From: Macrostomum lignano
Lineage: Eukaryota
Length of the DNA stretch: 32,357 nucleotides
Direction: 5' to 3'
Assembly (NCBI GenBank): GCA_002269645.1
Contig: NIVC01003338.1
Location: 1 to 32,357, forward strand
Positions within the stretch are counted from its first letter, which is position 1, and every line of letters starts with the position of its first letter. Positions 10,931-22,627 of this stretch are shown here, in pieces. A model generated the notes under the pieces. That model was not told the DNA's origin. It saw only the letters and a list, made by a program, of their open reading frames with translations, and made no database searches. A program made the position numbers and the translations under genes.

Positions 10931-11202
10931 GACCAACTGTAAACAGATTTAAGAAATCTTCGTGAACTTAGCCCTAGACCAACTGTAAACAGATTTAAGA
11001 AATCTTCGTGAACTTAGCCCTAGACCAACTGTAAACAGATTTGAGAAATCTTCGTGAACTTAGCCCTAGACCAACTGTAAACAGATTTGAGAAATCTTCG
11101 TGAACTTAGCCCTAGACCAACTGTAAACAGATTTGAGAAATCTTCGTGAACTTAGCCCTAGACCAACTGTAAACAGATTTGAGAAATCTTCGTGAACTTA
11201 GC
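10931..11202. repeat. 46-bp tandem repeat x~6
   Basis: GACCAACTGTAAACAGATTTRAGAAATCTTCGTGAACTTAGCCCTA repeated almost perfectly. Confidence 0.97.
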
Positions 11203-11627
11203 GCCGCATCGTACCCAACTGTCTGGCTAGCTGGCTTAAAATGTTTGTGCAGGGGGCGCACCCACATCTACTAGAGCAAAATATTGCGAATAGCAGAAAT
11301 GGGACAATGCCTGTCAAATTGAATGCCACACTGGCGGTAAACAAGCATAGATTTTAAGCCTTCTATGAACTGACGCGGCAACTCAGTGCAATGCCCAGCC
11401 CTTTAGCATCCAGCGCTGCGTGTTGGGTGAGGCAGCAAACCTGCCGCTTCTTACACTTAGGAATGCCTTATTGTCTTCTCAATTTTTTTTGAGAAGCTTT
11501 GTCATGGCAACAAAACCCCTACATAAAACTGCCCTCATCCATGCAGTCTATAAGCTCAAACTACATTTTTTAAAAAGCTACAGAGCTCTTATAGGAAGAA
11601 AAGTACAAGCCCTTACCAAGAGCAACC

Positions 11628-12105
11628 ATGCGCTTCGCTCTGCTTCTCCTGGTGCTCGGAGGTGAGTGGCGAAGTGACTTATTGACCTTAGCTTCTTAAT
11701 TTCTAATTTGCAATAATTCGCCCTTGCAGCCGTGACGCTCAGCGCCGATGCGATCCAGTGCTACACCTGCACAACATGCAGCGAGAAATTCTACACCAGT
11801 CAAAACTCTATTTCTAGCGGCTGCACCTACTGTGCAGTGAGTTAAAACTGTCAGACAGACAGTCTGACCAGCTCATAAGTCATTCTAGAATTCTGCATGA
11901 CTAATTGCAGAAATACAAGTATTATGGCACCACAACCGTAAACCGCGTGTGCGCCAGCCTCTGCATCGAGGGAAGGGACTCCGCTGGAAACTACATCTAT
12001 TGCTGCAGCAGGGACCGCTGCAACTCCGGTGAGCGCCTCCGCAGCCTCTTCTGGCTGCTGCTGCTGCCAGCTGCCGCCATGGCCGTCATCAGCTGCCGGC
12101 TGTGA
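11628..12105 (+). CDS. Ly6/uPAR (LU, three-finger) GPI-anchored protein, copy D, 111 aa, 3 exons
   Basis: Exons 11628-11661, 11730-11836, 11911-12105 with GT-AG introns: MRFALLLLVLGAVTLSADAIQCYTCTTCSEKFYTSQNSISSGCTYCAKYKYYGTTTVNRVCASLCIEGRDSAGNYIYCCSRDRCNSGERLRSLFWLLLLPAAAMAVISCRL. 10 Cys; same exon 1 and 2 sizes (34 and 107 nt) as copy C. Confidence 0.92.
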
Positions 12106-12544
12106 GCCACTGCTTAGCAACAGCAGAAGATCCTGATACGATGGGAACTCTAAAATTTACGCTAAACTTAAACAGCTGAACTCATATAAACAAATTGCCA
12201 GATCCTTCAGTATCAAGTTTTGTTTTTTTAGTATAAACTCGATTGCCTGTACCTAACCTCCATATCAAAATATTCTCAAAATTCTCTGTTTACGTTTTTT
12301 CATTTTTTATTTATTTGGTTTAGATCAATGTTAGCAGCAGACTTGTTTGTCTAACTTCCTATTAAACCACGATATTCATTTTTTAATTTGTAGCTTCTTC
12401 GGCTTTTAACAAATTCTTAGCAAGCCAGCACTGACCGCCTATTGGCAAGATAATTTTGCTTATTTGTAAAATGCTGATACAGGGGCTTTGTGGAAATTAT
12501 TCACTACACAAAAAGCACTAAATCAACTTCCAAAGAAACAAAAT

Positions 12545-14593
12545 CAGACCTAAAACACGCCTATCCTGCAGACCTAAAACACGCCTATCCTGCAGACCTA
12601 AAACACCTATCCTGCAGACCTAAAACACCTATCCTGCAGACCTAAAACACCTATCCTGCAGACCTAAAACACCTATCCTGCAGACCTAAAACACCTATCA
12701 TGCAGTCCTAAAACACCTATCCTGCAGACCTAAAACACCTATCATGCAGACCTAAAACACCTATCCTGCAGACCTAAAACACGCCTATCCTGCAGACCTA
12801 AAAGACCTATCCTGCAGACCTAAAACACCTATCATGCAGACCTAAAACGCCTATCCTGCAGACCTAAAACACGCCTATCCTGCAGACCTAAAACACCTAT
12901 CCTGCAGACCTAAAACACCTATCCTGCAGACCTAAAACGCCTATCCTGCAGACCTAAAACACGCCTATCCTGCAGACCAAAAACACCTATCATGCAGACC
13001 TAAAACACCTATCCTGCAGACCTAAAACACGCCTATCCTGCAGACCAAAAACACCTATCCTGCAGACCTAAAACACCTATCCTGCAGACCTAAAACACCT
13101 ATCATGCAGACCTAAAACACCTATCCTGCAGACCTAAAACACCTATCCTGCAGACCTAAAACACCTATCCTGCAGACCTAGAACACCTATCCTGCAGACC
13201 TAAAACACGCCTATCCTGCAGACCTAAAACACCTATCCTGCAGACCTAAAACACCTATCCTGCAGACCTAAAACGCCTATCCTGCAGACCTAAAACACGC
13301 CTATCCTGCAGACCAAAAACACCTATCATGCAGACCTAAAACGCCTATCCTGCAGACCTAAAACACGCCTATCCTGCAGACCAAAAACACCTATCCTGCA
13401 GACCTAAAACACCTATCCTGCAGACCTAAAACTCTATCCTGCAGACCTAAAACACCTATCCTGCAGACCTAAAACACGCCTATCCTGCAGACCAAAAACA
13501 CCTATCATGCAGACCTAAAACACCTATCCTGCAGACCTAAAACACCCCTATCCTGCAGACCTAAACACCTATCCTGCAGACCTAAAACACCTATCATGCA
13601 GACCTAAAACACCTATCCTGCAAACCTAAAACACCTATCCTGCAGACCTAAAACGCCTATCCTGCAGACCTAAAACACGCCTATCCTGCAGACCTAAAAC
13701 ACCGGCCTATCCTGCAGACCTAAAACACCTATCCTGCAGACCTAAAACACCTATCCTGCAGACCTAAAACACGCCTATCCTGCAGACCTAAAACACCTAT
13801 CCTGCAGACCTAAAACACCTATCATGCAGACCTAAAACACCTATCCTGCAGACCTAAAACACCTATCCTGCAGACCTAAAACACCTATCCTGCAGACCTA
13901 AAACACCTATCCTGCAGACCTAAAACACCTATCCTGCAGACCTAAAACACCTATCCTGCAGACCTAAAACACCTATCCTGCAGACCTAAAACTCTATCCT
14001 GCAGACCTAAAACACCTTTCCTGCAGACCTAAAACACCTATCCTGCAGACCTAAAACACGCCTATCCTGCAGACCAAAAACACCTATCCTGCAGACCTAA
14101 AACACCTATCATGCAGACCTAAAACACCTATCCTGCAGACCTAAAACACCTATCCTGCAGACCTAAAACACGCCTATCCTGCAGACCTAAAACACCTATC
14201 ATGCAGACCTAAAACACCTATCCTGCAGACCTAAAACACCTATCCTGCAGACCTAATACACGCCTATCCTGCAGACATAAAACACGCCTATCCTGCAGAC
14301 CTAATACACGCCTATCCTGCAGACATAAAACACGCCTATCCTGCAGACCTAAAACACCTATCCTGCAGACCTAATACACGCCTATCCTGCAGACATAAAA
14401 CACGCCTATCCTGCAGACCTAAAACACCTATCCTGCAGACCTAAAACACCTATCCTGCAGACCTAAAACACCTATCCTGCAGACCTAATACCGACCTAAA
14501 ACACACTCATCTTGCAGACCTAAAGCACACCTAATCCTGCAGACCTAAAACACCTATCCTGCAGACCTAAAACATCTATCCTGCAGAACTAAA
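12545..14593. repeat. 22/24-bp minisatellite (CAGACCTAAAACAC[GC]CTATCCTG)n
   Basis: About 2 kb of 22-bp units interspersed with 24-bp variants carrying a GC insertion. Confidence 0.97.
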
Positions 14594-14606
14594 GGTGTTT
14601 CATCTA

Positions 14607-15150
14607 AGGTCGCCTATTGTGTGCATTCGCGATGAATGCTTTTGAAATAGAAACAACTCTCTATAGCCCCAAACGAAAGGCTCCCAAAACTCTCAGGCAT
14701 GGATTCTGTGCGCACACGCATTCAAAAAGACAATTTCCAGGGCCACTGCTCCGGATAATTTTGGCGCTGAAACCACTGCACACGGCGTTGTTTACGGCGT
14801 ATTGAGCAGGGCTTCAACTACCCCAGAGGTTCGACAGCACTGGTTTGGGGCTGCTCCACTGCTCAACAGGGGGTGGCTTAGGTTTGTTGGCAGCTGGATT
14901 CGGAAAGATTTATCATTTTTCTGTCGTTTTTTTTCTGCGACCTGCCTAAATGCCTTTACTAAGATTGTGCAGCGAGCATTTGGCGTGTTGCTAGACTAGT
15001 CTATATCACGGACTACTTAATTGTCGTACTTAAGTAGTCCGTGTTCTATATGCGCGCAGGCCATGCAAAATGAGAAGAGGCCGGTGCAGCTAACTTGAAA
15101 TGTTATTCGGGAGCATCTCAGTTTTACCGTAAACTTTTGCAGCTCCAGAT
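14607..15150 (+). repeat. Unclassified dispersed repeat, copy 2
   Basis: Direct-orientation homologue of 5228-5813, carrying an extra 37-bp hairpin insertion. Confidence 0.85.
15007..15043. mobile_element. 37-bp hairpin insertion (MITE remnant) with 14-bp perfect inverted repeats
   Basis: CACGGACTACTTAA-ttgtcgtac-TTAAGTAGTCCGTG flanked by GTCTATAT / TTCTATAT; absent from the paralogous site in copy 1, which has a single CCTATAT. Confidence 0.7.
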
Positions 15151-15154
15151 GTAA

Positions 15155-16103
15155 ATTTAGTAGAAGCAGAACACTTGAGAAGCCTAGGCATCTTTCTCGA
15201 TGTGGAGGGAGCCTTTGACACGATGGTCCATAACTATATTAGGTATAGAATGTTCCAGGTAGACTTGCCAACAGCCATTACCAGGATCTGCTTCAACTAC
15301 CTTGAGAACAGAAGTTTTCGGTTCAAGGTTAACAACATCCTTAGTGACTCGTTTCAAATTATGGCAGGCGTTCCCCAGGGAGGTATACTCAGCCCCTTCT
15401 TATACCTGCTCTTCATCAGCACAATGCCCCAAACGGGTCATCCAGACATCAAGAAGAGCCAATTTGCAGATGACATGGCCATCTGGGGATCTGTCAATTC
15501 CTTCGGAGAACTCCGAAATATAGTTCAACCCTACCTGAACAGCCTTTGGGCCTGGTGCGGAGAACAAGGCATCAAAATAAATGCTAGCAAAAGTCAAGCT
15601 ACAGTCTTTTCCTATGCCCCAGCGAACCCGACTAGAAGGGACATCAGGCCGGAACTAAAACTAGGAGACGCAACCCTAACCTACCAAAAAGAAGTGAAAT
15701 TTCTGGGCATTAACCTTGACTATAGACTCACCCTGAAACCCCAGTGTAAGGCTGTAATCACCAAATGCAGAGCACTTATTATGTCAATCCATCGAATCTC
15801 CAAACTCACCAAACTCAGCAGTGAGACACTAAAAATGCTCTACAGAGCATATGTTGAGAGCGCCATGACCTACGGTGCACCAATTCTCCAAGTGCTCAGA
15901 AATGACAGCATTACGAAACGATCCAACAGACCCAAAATCATACAAAAGCTCAATGCGCTACCTACGGGCCACCCTCTAGGCTAAACTCTACTTTCCAGAG
16001 CGCAACACAGCTGCACAACTGGGGGGCCTCCCTGGGCGTCGTCTGTGCCTTCCCACCGTGTCCCCTCCGGGACAGCCCTGCAGCTAAGTCAAGTTAAGTC
16101 AAA
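15155..16103 (+). mobile_element. 5'-truncated non-LTR retrotransposon (LINE) reverse transcriptase fragment with 3' UTR
   Basis: ORF 15175-15984 has FLDVEGAFD, GVPQGGILSP, QFADD, INASKSQ and KFLGINLD motifs; a GC-rich UTR ends in a short tail TAAGTCAAGTTAAGTCAAA (16085-16103). Confidence 0.9.
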
Positions 16104-16266
16104 GGGTCACCACAAAGGGTTCGCCACAAAAGGGTCACGCTGACGGAGTCGCCAGCCTACCTGACGATCTGGACGGTCTTTGCACAAGCAAATTGGCATG
16201 TATAGAAATTTTTGTACATGTATGGGCCGATGCTGTATCCTTGGTGCTTTTTGAAAAAATTGAGTA

Positions 16267-16670
16267 AAAATTGTTATTGCTTTCGATAGGACGCAAATTG
16301 GGATTCTACGGCACCGCGGATGTTATTTTTATTCTAAGTACATTTCCTATACCTAAAAAGCATAAAAGTGCATGGCACAGCCCGACTCATTGGTTTTATG
16401 CATCTATTTTATCATCTCTGTTACACATATTGTTACACAGTCAGCTAAGAATGAAAAAACAGATTCATAAAACCAATCAGCCGAGCCAAACCATCTTAAT
16501 GGGTTTTTAGGCATAGGGCACGTGCAATAGTGCGTAGAATCAAAAATTATCATAGAATCCTAATTTTCTGAACAAAAAGTTTTATGAAAATTGATAGAGC
16601 AATAAGAAAGGCACAACATATTAAAAGATGAACACTGGGTCTGCTTCCTATCGAAAGCAATCACAATTTT
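16267..16670. mobile_element. ~400-bp fold-back / MITE-like element
   Basis: 29-bp terminal inverted repeats AAAATTGT(T/G)ATTGCTTTCGATAGGA(C/A)GCA at 16267-16295 and 16642-16670, plus inner inverted arms (about 16345-16420 vs 16445-16520). Confidence 0.7.
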
Positions 16671-17178
16671 AGTGCTGAAAAAATGAAAACTTCCTGTATC
16701 CGTAGTGTATTTTTCGGCGAAAACTGGCCTTCAAAACTTTTTCCATGAAAAGTGAGTGTCGCGTCCTGTATATACGTTGCTTTAGTTGTCCTTGGGTGCT
16801 ACTCTGAGATACACGGTGATACTTGTGATACTCTAAAACGCACCGTACTACACGGTGAAAAATCGATATTTGGATTAGGTGTAATCCTAACCCCTAATAT
16901 TCGCTTTTATCCTAATCTTCTCTTAGAATATCCCATTGCACTCTCCTCATCAATCCCCGATCCAAAGTAACTGTATTTTTATGTCGATTTTGGACTTGGC
17001 ATTGCTGAAACTCATAAATCATTTTGTATCAAAATCGGATGATTTATGACAGCACCTGCCATTTTTAGTGCTCGCGGGACTTCATAAGTTTTTTGGCTCT
17101 TCTAATTTCTCAAAAATGTTGCCGATCAGAATCTACTACGTGTGCCGGATTGTGACATGCCAACATCTTCGCGTGATA

Positions 17179-17670
17179 CACGGTGATGCACGGTGATGCA
17201 CGGTGATGCACGGTGATGCACGGTGATGCACGGTGATGCACGGTGATGCACGGTGATGCACGGTGATGCACGGTGATGCACGGTGATGCACGGTGATGCA
17301 CGGTAATGCACGGTGATGCACGGTGATGCACGGTGATGCACGGTGATGCACGGTGATGCACGGTGATGCACGGTGATGCACGGTGATGCACGGTGATGCA
17401 CGGTGATGCACGGTGATGCACGGTGATGCACGGTGATGCACGGTGATGCACGGTGATGCACGGTGATGCACGGTGATGCACGGTGATGCACGGTGATGCA
17501 CGGTGATGCACGGTGATGCACGGTGATGCACGGTGATGCACGGTGATGCACGGTGATGCACGGTGATGCACGGTGATGCACGGTGATGCACGGTGATGCA
17601 CGGTGATGCACGGTGATGCACGGTGATGCACGGTGATGCACGGTGATGCACGGTGATGCACGGTGATGCA
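17179..17670. repeat. 10-bp tandem repeat (CACGGTGATG) x~49
   Basis: Near-perfect array with one G>A variant; gives the HHRASPCITV ORFs. Confidence 0.98.
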
Positions 17671-18385
17671 CAACAAATCAAAATCAAATGCTGGATCGGC
17701 ATCAAGATTTCAGCGCCCTTTAATTACTCTACCAAAAATGTCCTGCGTCTGGCGGTGTCAGGATTCCTTGGCCATCGGCAGTCTGAGTATATCTGATTGG
17801 TTGGGTACGTGAGAGGCTACTTGGAACTTGCTTAGCTGGGAGTTGTGCTCTTTATCTGACCCCGTTCTCAGTAGCTCGATTGAGTATTGCACTTTGCTTG
17901 CTTGCTTTTCATTTGCGGAACTTTTTGAGGCAAAAATTGCGTGTTTATAATAATGAGAACTTCGCTTATTAGCTCTGAATCATCTTGAGTATATTTGCAC
18001 CAGCTTAGTGCATGAGAGGGCAGATTTGATCACAAAACAAATTTTTCCCTGGATCAGCGCTGCCGGATAGTTTCAGTCAGATTTATAATGGTGAGAAGCT
18101 TGCATATAGGAATTAGATAAAGTAATAGTACATCCCCGACCCTGTACACTGCAGCTGTACACTCGCCTCGCAAGAACTCCGCTGCAAAAATTCTTCTCTG
18201 TCGTTGCAAATGCGATCCAGCCCCAGCAGCGTCCCTTTTATCGGCTTATGACCATTGACATACTACATGTAGTTGACAGGTTAGTTAATAGTGTTCTAGT
18301 CGGAACTCCAAGTTCGAGAGAGCTACATATGTAGTTCGCTCGGTAGGTGACCGTGGTTTGGCCTAGCTTAGGATTAAAGGTATAG

Positions 18386-19272
18386 CTAATTTCTAACTTT
18401 TAAATTTCTCTGCTCGTCTATCGCTGCCTTCTTTTGCCTCTAGAGCGTAGCTGCATGGTCGCCACATCTTGGGGCAACCAGTTTGCTACCTTGGGGCTTG
18501 ACCACCTGACAGAAGTGGCCGGGCGGCGACCGGGAGTGATTAAATTTCTGCACTCTGAGGCCTGGCCTGGGGGTCGTTTTGCAAATAATAAATTTCATAA
18601 AGACGAAAAAAACTTTCTTTTATGAACCATAATTTTTTCTAGTAACAAGAAGCGATTTAGGAGTTGATAGATCTCGCCTCTGTGATTCCACCTGCTCCCT
18701 TGGTCCATCTGCTGGCTCCTCTGGAAGTCTCCCTGCTTTTGTGTCTCTGGATCTCATCCCTCACAGTGGATTGGTGTCCCTGCTGGGGAAGAGTTCGTCC
18801 CGAATCGGAGAAAACCAGCTGAGTCCGGTGTCCCTTTGCTCCATGGTGCCCCTTCTCCGACCCCTTGGCTTGGGCTAATTAGAGCTGGGTAGTAAAAAAG
18901 CCTTGAGACTCGCAACCCTATGGGAGGATTTATGCGGTTGCCTACCTGATACGAAACTCGCGCCCTTCGTAAATAAGCTGCCCAGACTCTCGCTTCCAAT
19001 ATTAAGCCATTTCCGTAGAGTCGATCGGGTCTTTCCGCTGTCGGATTGCTTACCAATAAATTTTCCAAAAAATTTGATGGGTTTCGACCTTTCGGCCCCC
19101 TTGTGGGGAAGCCCTCGGGTCTCAGAAATAAACCAATTAGAGTCCTGGCCCCCCACTCCTGTCAGATGGTCAGCCCCATGGTAGCTTGATCGTGTGGCGA
19201 GCAGTCTAGGTCCTATAGCTAAGAGAGGGACAGCGAGAGACGAGCAGGGAGAATTTTGAAAGTAGAAATTAG
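18386..19272. mobile_element. ~890-bp non-coding element bounded by ~42-bp imperfect inverted repeats
   Basis: CTAATTTCTAACTTTTAAATTTCTCTGCTCGTCTATCGCTG (18386-18426) matches the reverse complement of 19231-19272; no recognisable ORF inside. Confidence 0.55.
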
Positions 19273-22200
19273 TTAATCCGCAGATTAACTAATCCGCTGC
19301 CACCAGCCCGTACGCCCTGGCTCACCACACCAGTGTTAGGCTTTCTGTTCACCGGGGTCTTAATTTGTCCGGGGGACATCGCAAAGCAAAATTATTGTCG
19401 CTTTGCGATAACCTACCCTGGATAATCCGGATAGCAGAGTCAGTACCGTAGGATGTCCGGGAGAGACATCTCAAAGTGCCCGGACAATGCAAAGCAGCTC
19501 AAGATATCCGGGAAGGAGAAAACAAAGCAGGTTTTTTGCTTGGCAGTATCCGGGCGGATATCGTAAGTGCGTTCGGATATCCGGGCCAGACAAAAAAACC
19601 CCGGATAGTCTAAAGTGTAACACCGGGACTCTCGAAATCGGGCTTCCGACTAGAAGGGGCTTTGCACTTACCTGCCAACTAGTGTCTTTTTGCTGTCAAT
19701 CTCGAAGTCATAGCCGATGATAAGGGACACTGCTGGGACTAGATCGCGTTGGCCATGCAGGTACAGAGGGGACTTGTGCAGGGGATTCTTGCAGTGGCGA
19801 GACTATGGGGTAGCTACATATGTACTATTACATTGCTAAATACGAAGAATTGTACTTTTGGCCATCAACGCGCCAACTAGCCTCTCCTAGCGCTGATGAT
19901 AGGCTAACTCGAACCTCAGAGACCGCATGATTGATTACCCGAGCCGCTTGGCTAACCTAGAGTGCACAAAGTACATCTCTGGCGCCGATTCTGCACTACT
20001 GGCAGTTTCGCTAACTGATTCGATAGATTGGTCGACTGAGAACTGCCTTGCCATTGGTCCACTATGACCGGCGCCTACTAGCTTAGCCACTCATCTGAGC
20101 CATCGGCGAACAAAGAAATGAAACCGATAAAAATAACTGTCAGATTTAACCTTCTCCTTAGATCACTTCACACCTCAGATTAAATTGGAGCTTCAGACTA
20201 CTAGCAGTATTATTGAATGGTTTCTGCCTCAGTAACAGCACTACTGAACAAAATGAGCAAAAGTGTGCGCCTAATCCAGCTACTGAAACGGGGGACAGAT
20301 AAGGAATCACCCAATCAAGCAAGTCTAGGTAGCCTCTCACCCAACCAATCAGAAACTCAACAGCCGGAGACCAGGTTATCCACAGTGACCGAATCGGCTT
20401 AGTGCTTCGCAGCTGTAGACCCGGGATGATGCTGATGTCACAACCTTCGCAGATAGCTAGCAGGTGACGCTCTTAACTTTGATGTTCACTGCTGATGACC
20501 GGGGGAATTTTCGTCCTTGATGATGATGGGGGGAGTCGCAATCCGGGGATCAAGAAATGACGGTCGGGCCAGGGAGAGAACAAGTTCCTGGCCGGTCTCC
20601 AAAAAGGGTTGAAAAGTTAGTCCGAGCGGGCCAAAAACACCGGTTTAAATAGCCGCCAACTGGACCGCAGTTTGTTATAATGGAACACGTCGATTCTGAT
20701 TGGCTAAGTCGATTTTTTAAAATGAGCGTCAAATTTTCTGATTGGCTGAGCTTGTTGCCACCCAAAGTCACGTGACCGGGAGATCCTATCAGTTCCCTCG
20801 GGGTCGTAAAAATATGACAGGTGCGGCCATAAATCAATCAAAATCGCAACAAAATGATTTATGAATTTTCGCGTAGAATTGACAAAAATTAATGAAAAAA
20901 TATACATTAGAAAGCTCTTATTAAGTAGAAAGTGAAGGTATTAAAGAGAAATCGCTAGTCGCTAATCCCAACGTACTTTTACGCATAGGGGTAAAACGCA
21001 TAGCTGTCAAAGCTGTGTCACACGCTTGAGTGAACACGAACAATAGGCCCTGACCTCATAAATCTTGATGGCCTGTCAAAATGATGAGAAAAAAGCTACC
21101 GCCCGCATCCTCTCAGACCATCTGGCGCCAGCCCCAGCACTGAGTGAGGCGCAGGTGGCTGTCAAACTAGCTCAGACGCAATTATTTATGACCCAAAAGC
21201 AGCAAAAAACCGCGCCTATGTTTATTATTACTACAAGTATGGCAGATTAATATAGCTACAAAAGTCCTACTAGTATGAATTCTAGAAAAATTACAAAAGA
21301 GGAAGAAAAACGCCCATAGCTTGCTGTTAGTAGGCTAGCAAGTTTGCATGGAACCCATGTGCGAGCGTGAAATTTGGAAAAAAGTGCGTCCTCATCAATT
21401 TTCAATTCCAATCTTTTTCGCGCACACTCAGGTTTTGTCGCTGGGAGTGGCTTGGGTGGATCGGTTTTGCACCGTCCCTGATTCCACTATTGGGTTGGCG
21501 GTGTCTTAGTCCATGCTTGGGATAGTAGCATCCAATAAGGCTTCACCACGCCTTGAGTCCTGGTCCCAATCTGGGCCTCTCGGGCTTCGGCCCCTGGCAG
21601 TATGACCCCTACTATACTATAGCGGCAGAGCCCTTCTTTGGGCTGATCCGCGGGTTGCCCCAGCTTGCCTCCTCGTTTAACAACAGCAAGAAACGATCAA
21701 AAAGAAAGGAAAGGGCACTGCACCCGTGTCTCGTCATTCTATGTCTTAAATTTACTTTTATTGCTATGATAAAAAATTAATTTTTATCAAGCCGCTTAAG
21801 AAGTCTGTTGAGTTGCTAAAATATGTTTTACTGACCTAATTGCTTATTTATTATACAGCGATAACCTGAGGAACATTTCAATTTCAAGTATATAATTTTC
21901 TTAGAAACAAAGAAAATGTTAAAATTGATATTTTCGCTTAGACTGAATTAGCATTTTCATTATATAGTATTATACTCCTATGTAATTAGCAAAGTGCATA
22001 AAATGTGGAAAGTATGCGCAATTAGATTCTCATATTAGTATTCTTAAATGTTTTTCGAGAATATGATTGAGACATGTTTGAACAAGTAATGATTTTTTAA
22101 AAATCTTTTTTTGTTGGGTCATATCAAGAAAAAGATAGGAATTCCATGGATATAGTTTAATCTTACTTCTACTAATATTTTTTTCAATTCATCAATATCA

Positions 22201-22627
22201 GATTTTCAGATATATTTTCAGATTTTTGCTTTCTGCAGTAATCTGGTATATTAGAAAGTTATTTGTTTACATTAGGCTTTTATATAATTAATGTAGGTTT
22301 TGATTAATAGATGAATTATGCAAATTAAATAAATATATTTGTAAGAATATACATTAATCAATTGATAAGTTATTTTATTTTATAACCAGTTGAGGTTTAA
22401 TAAATTAGGTATGAGTATGAATTAACAATTTATTAAAGAATTATAAGATATGACTCATCCCTCTCTTCAGTCAACAACACTAATGCATTTAAAATCTTTA
22501 TTAATCATAATTTTTGATACCCTACTACTAGTAGAAGTACATATAAAGTCAATTTAAATAATAAAAATAATGTCTATGTAAAGTGTTAATTTTATGAATT
22601 AGTTCTGCAACAACAGCATCATGTCGC

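Noticed and set aside
17110-17705. HHRASPCITV-repeat ORFs (His/Cys-rich, metal-binding look)
   Set aside because: A 10-bp repeat open in all three minus frames; no splice or start context.
18260-18340. CTACATGTAG / CTACATATGTAG palindromes (also near 3535 and 19812)
   Set aside because: Short, common palindromic motifs with no associated structure.
19329-19626. Possible MITE with CCRGTGTTA..CTTT / AAAGTGTAACACCGG ends and internal CCGGAT motifs
   Set aside because: TIR match is only 12 of 15 and no TSD is evident; not enough from a single copy.
19890-19925. CTGATGA core as a hammerhead ribozyme
   Set aside because: No GAAA and no stem II/III pairing at suitable spacing; the same holds for other CTGATGA sites checked.
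20640-21000. Cluster of CTGATTGG (CCAAT) boxes and a GTCACGTGAC palindrome as a promoter
   Set aside because: More than 1.6 kb from the nearest gene start, and such motifs are common in transposon termini; function cannot be assigned.
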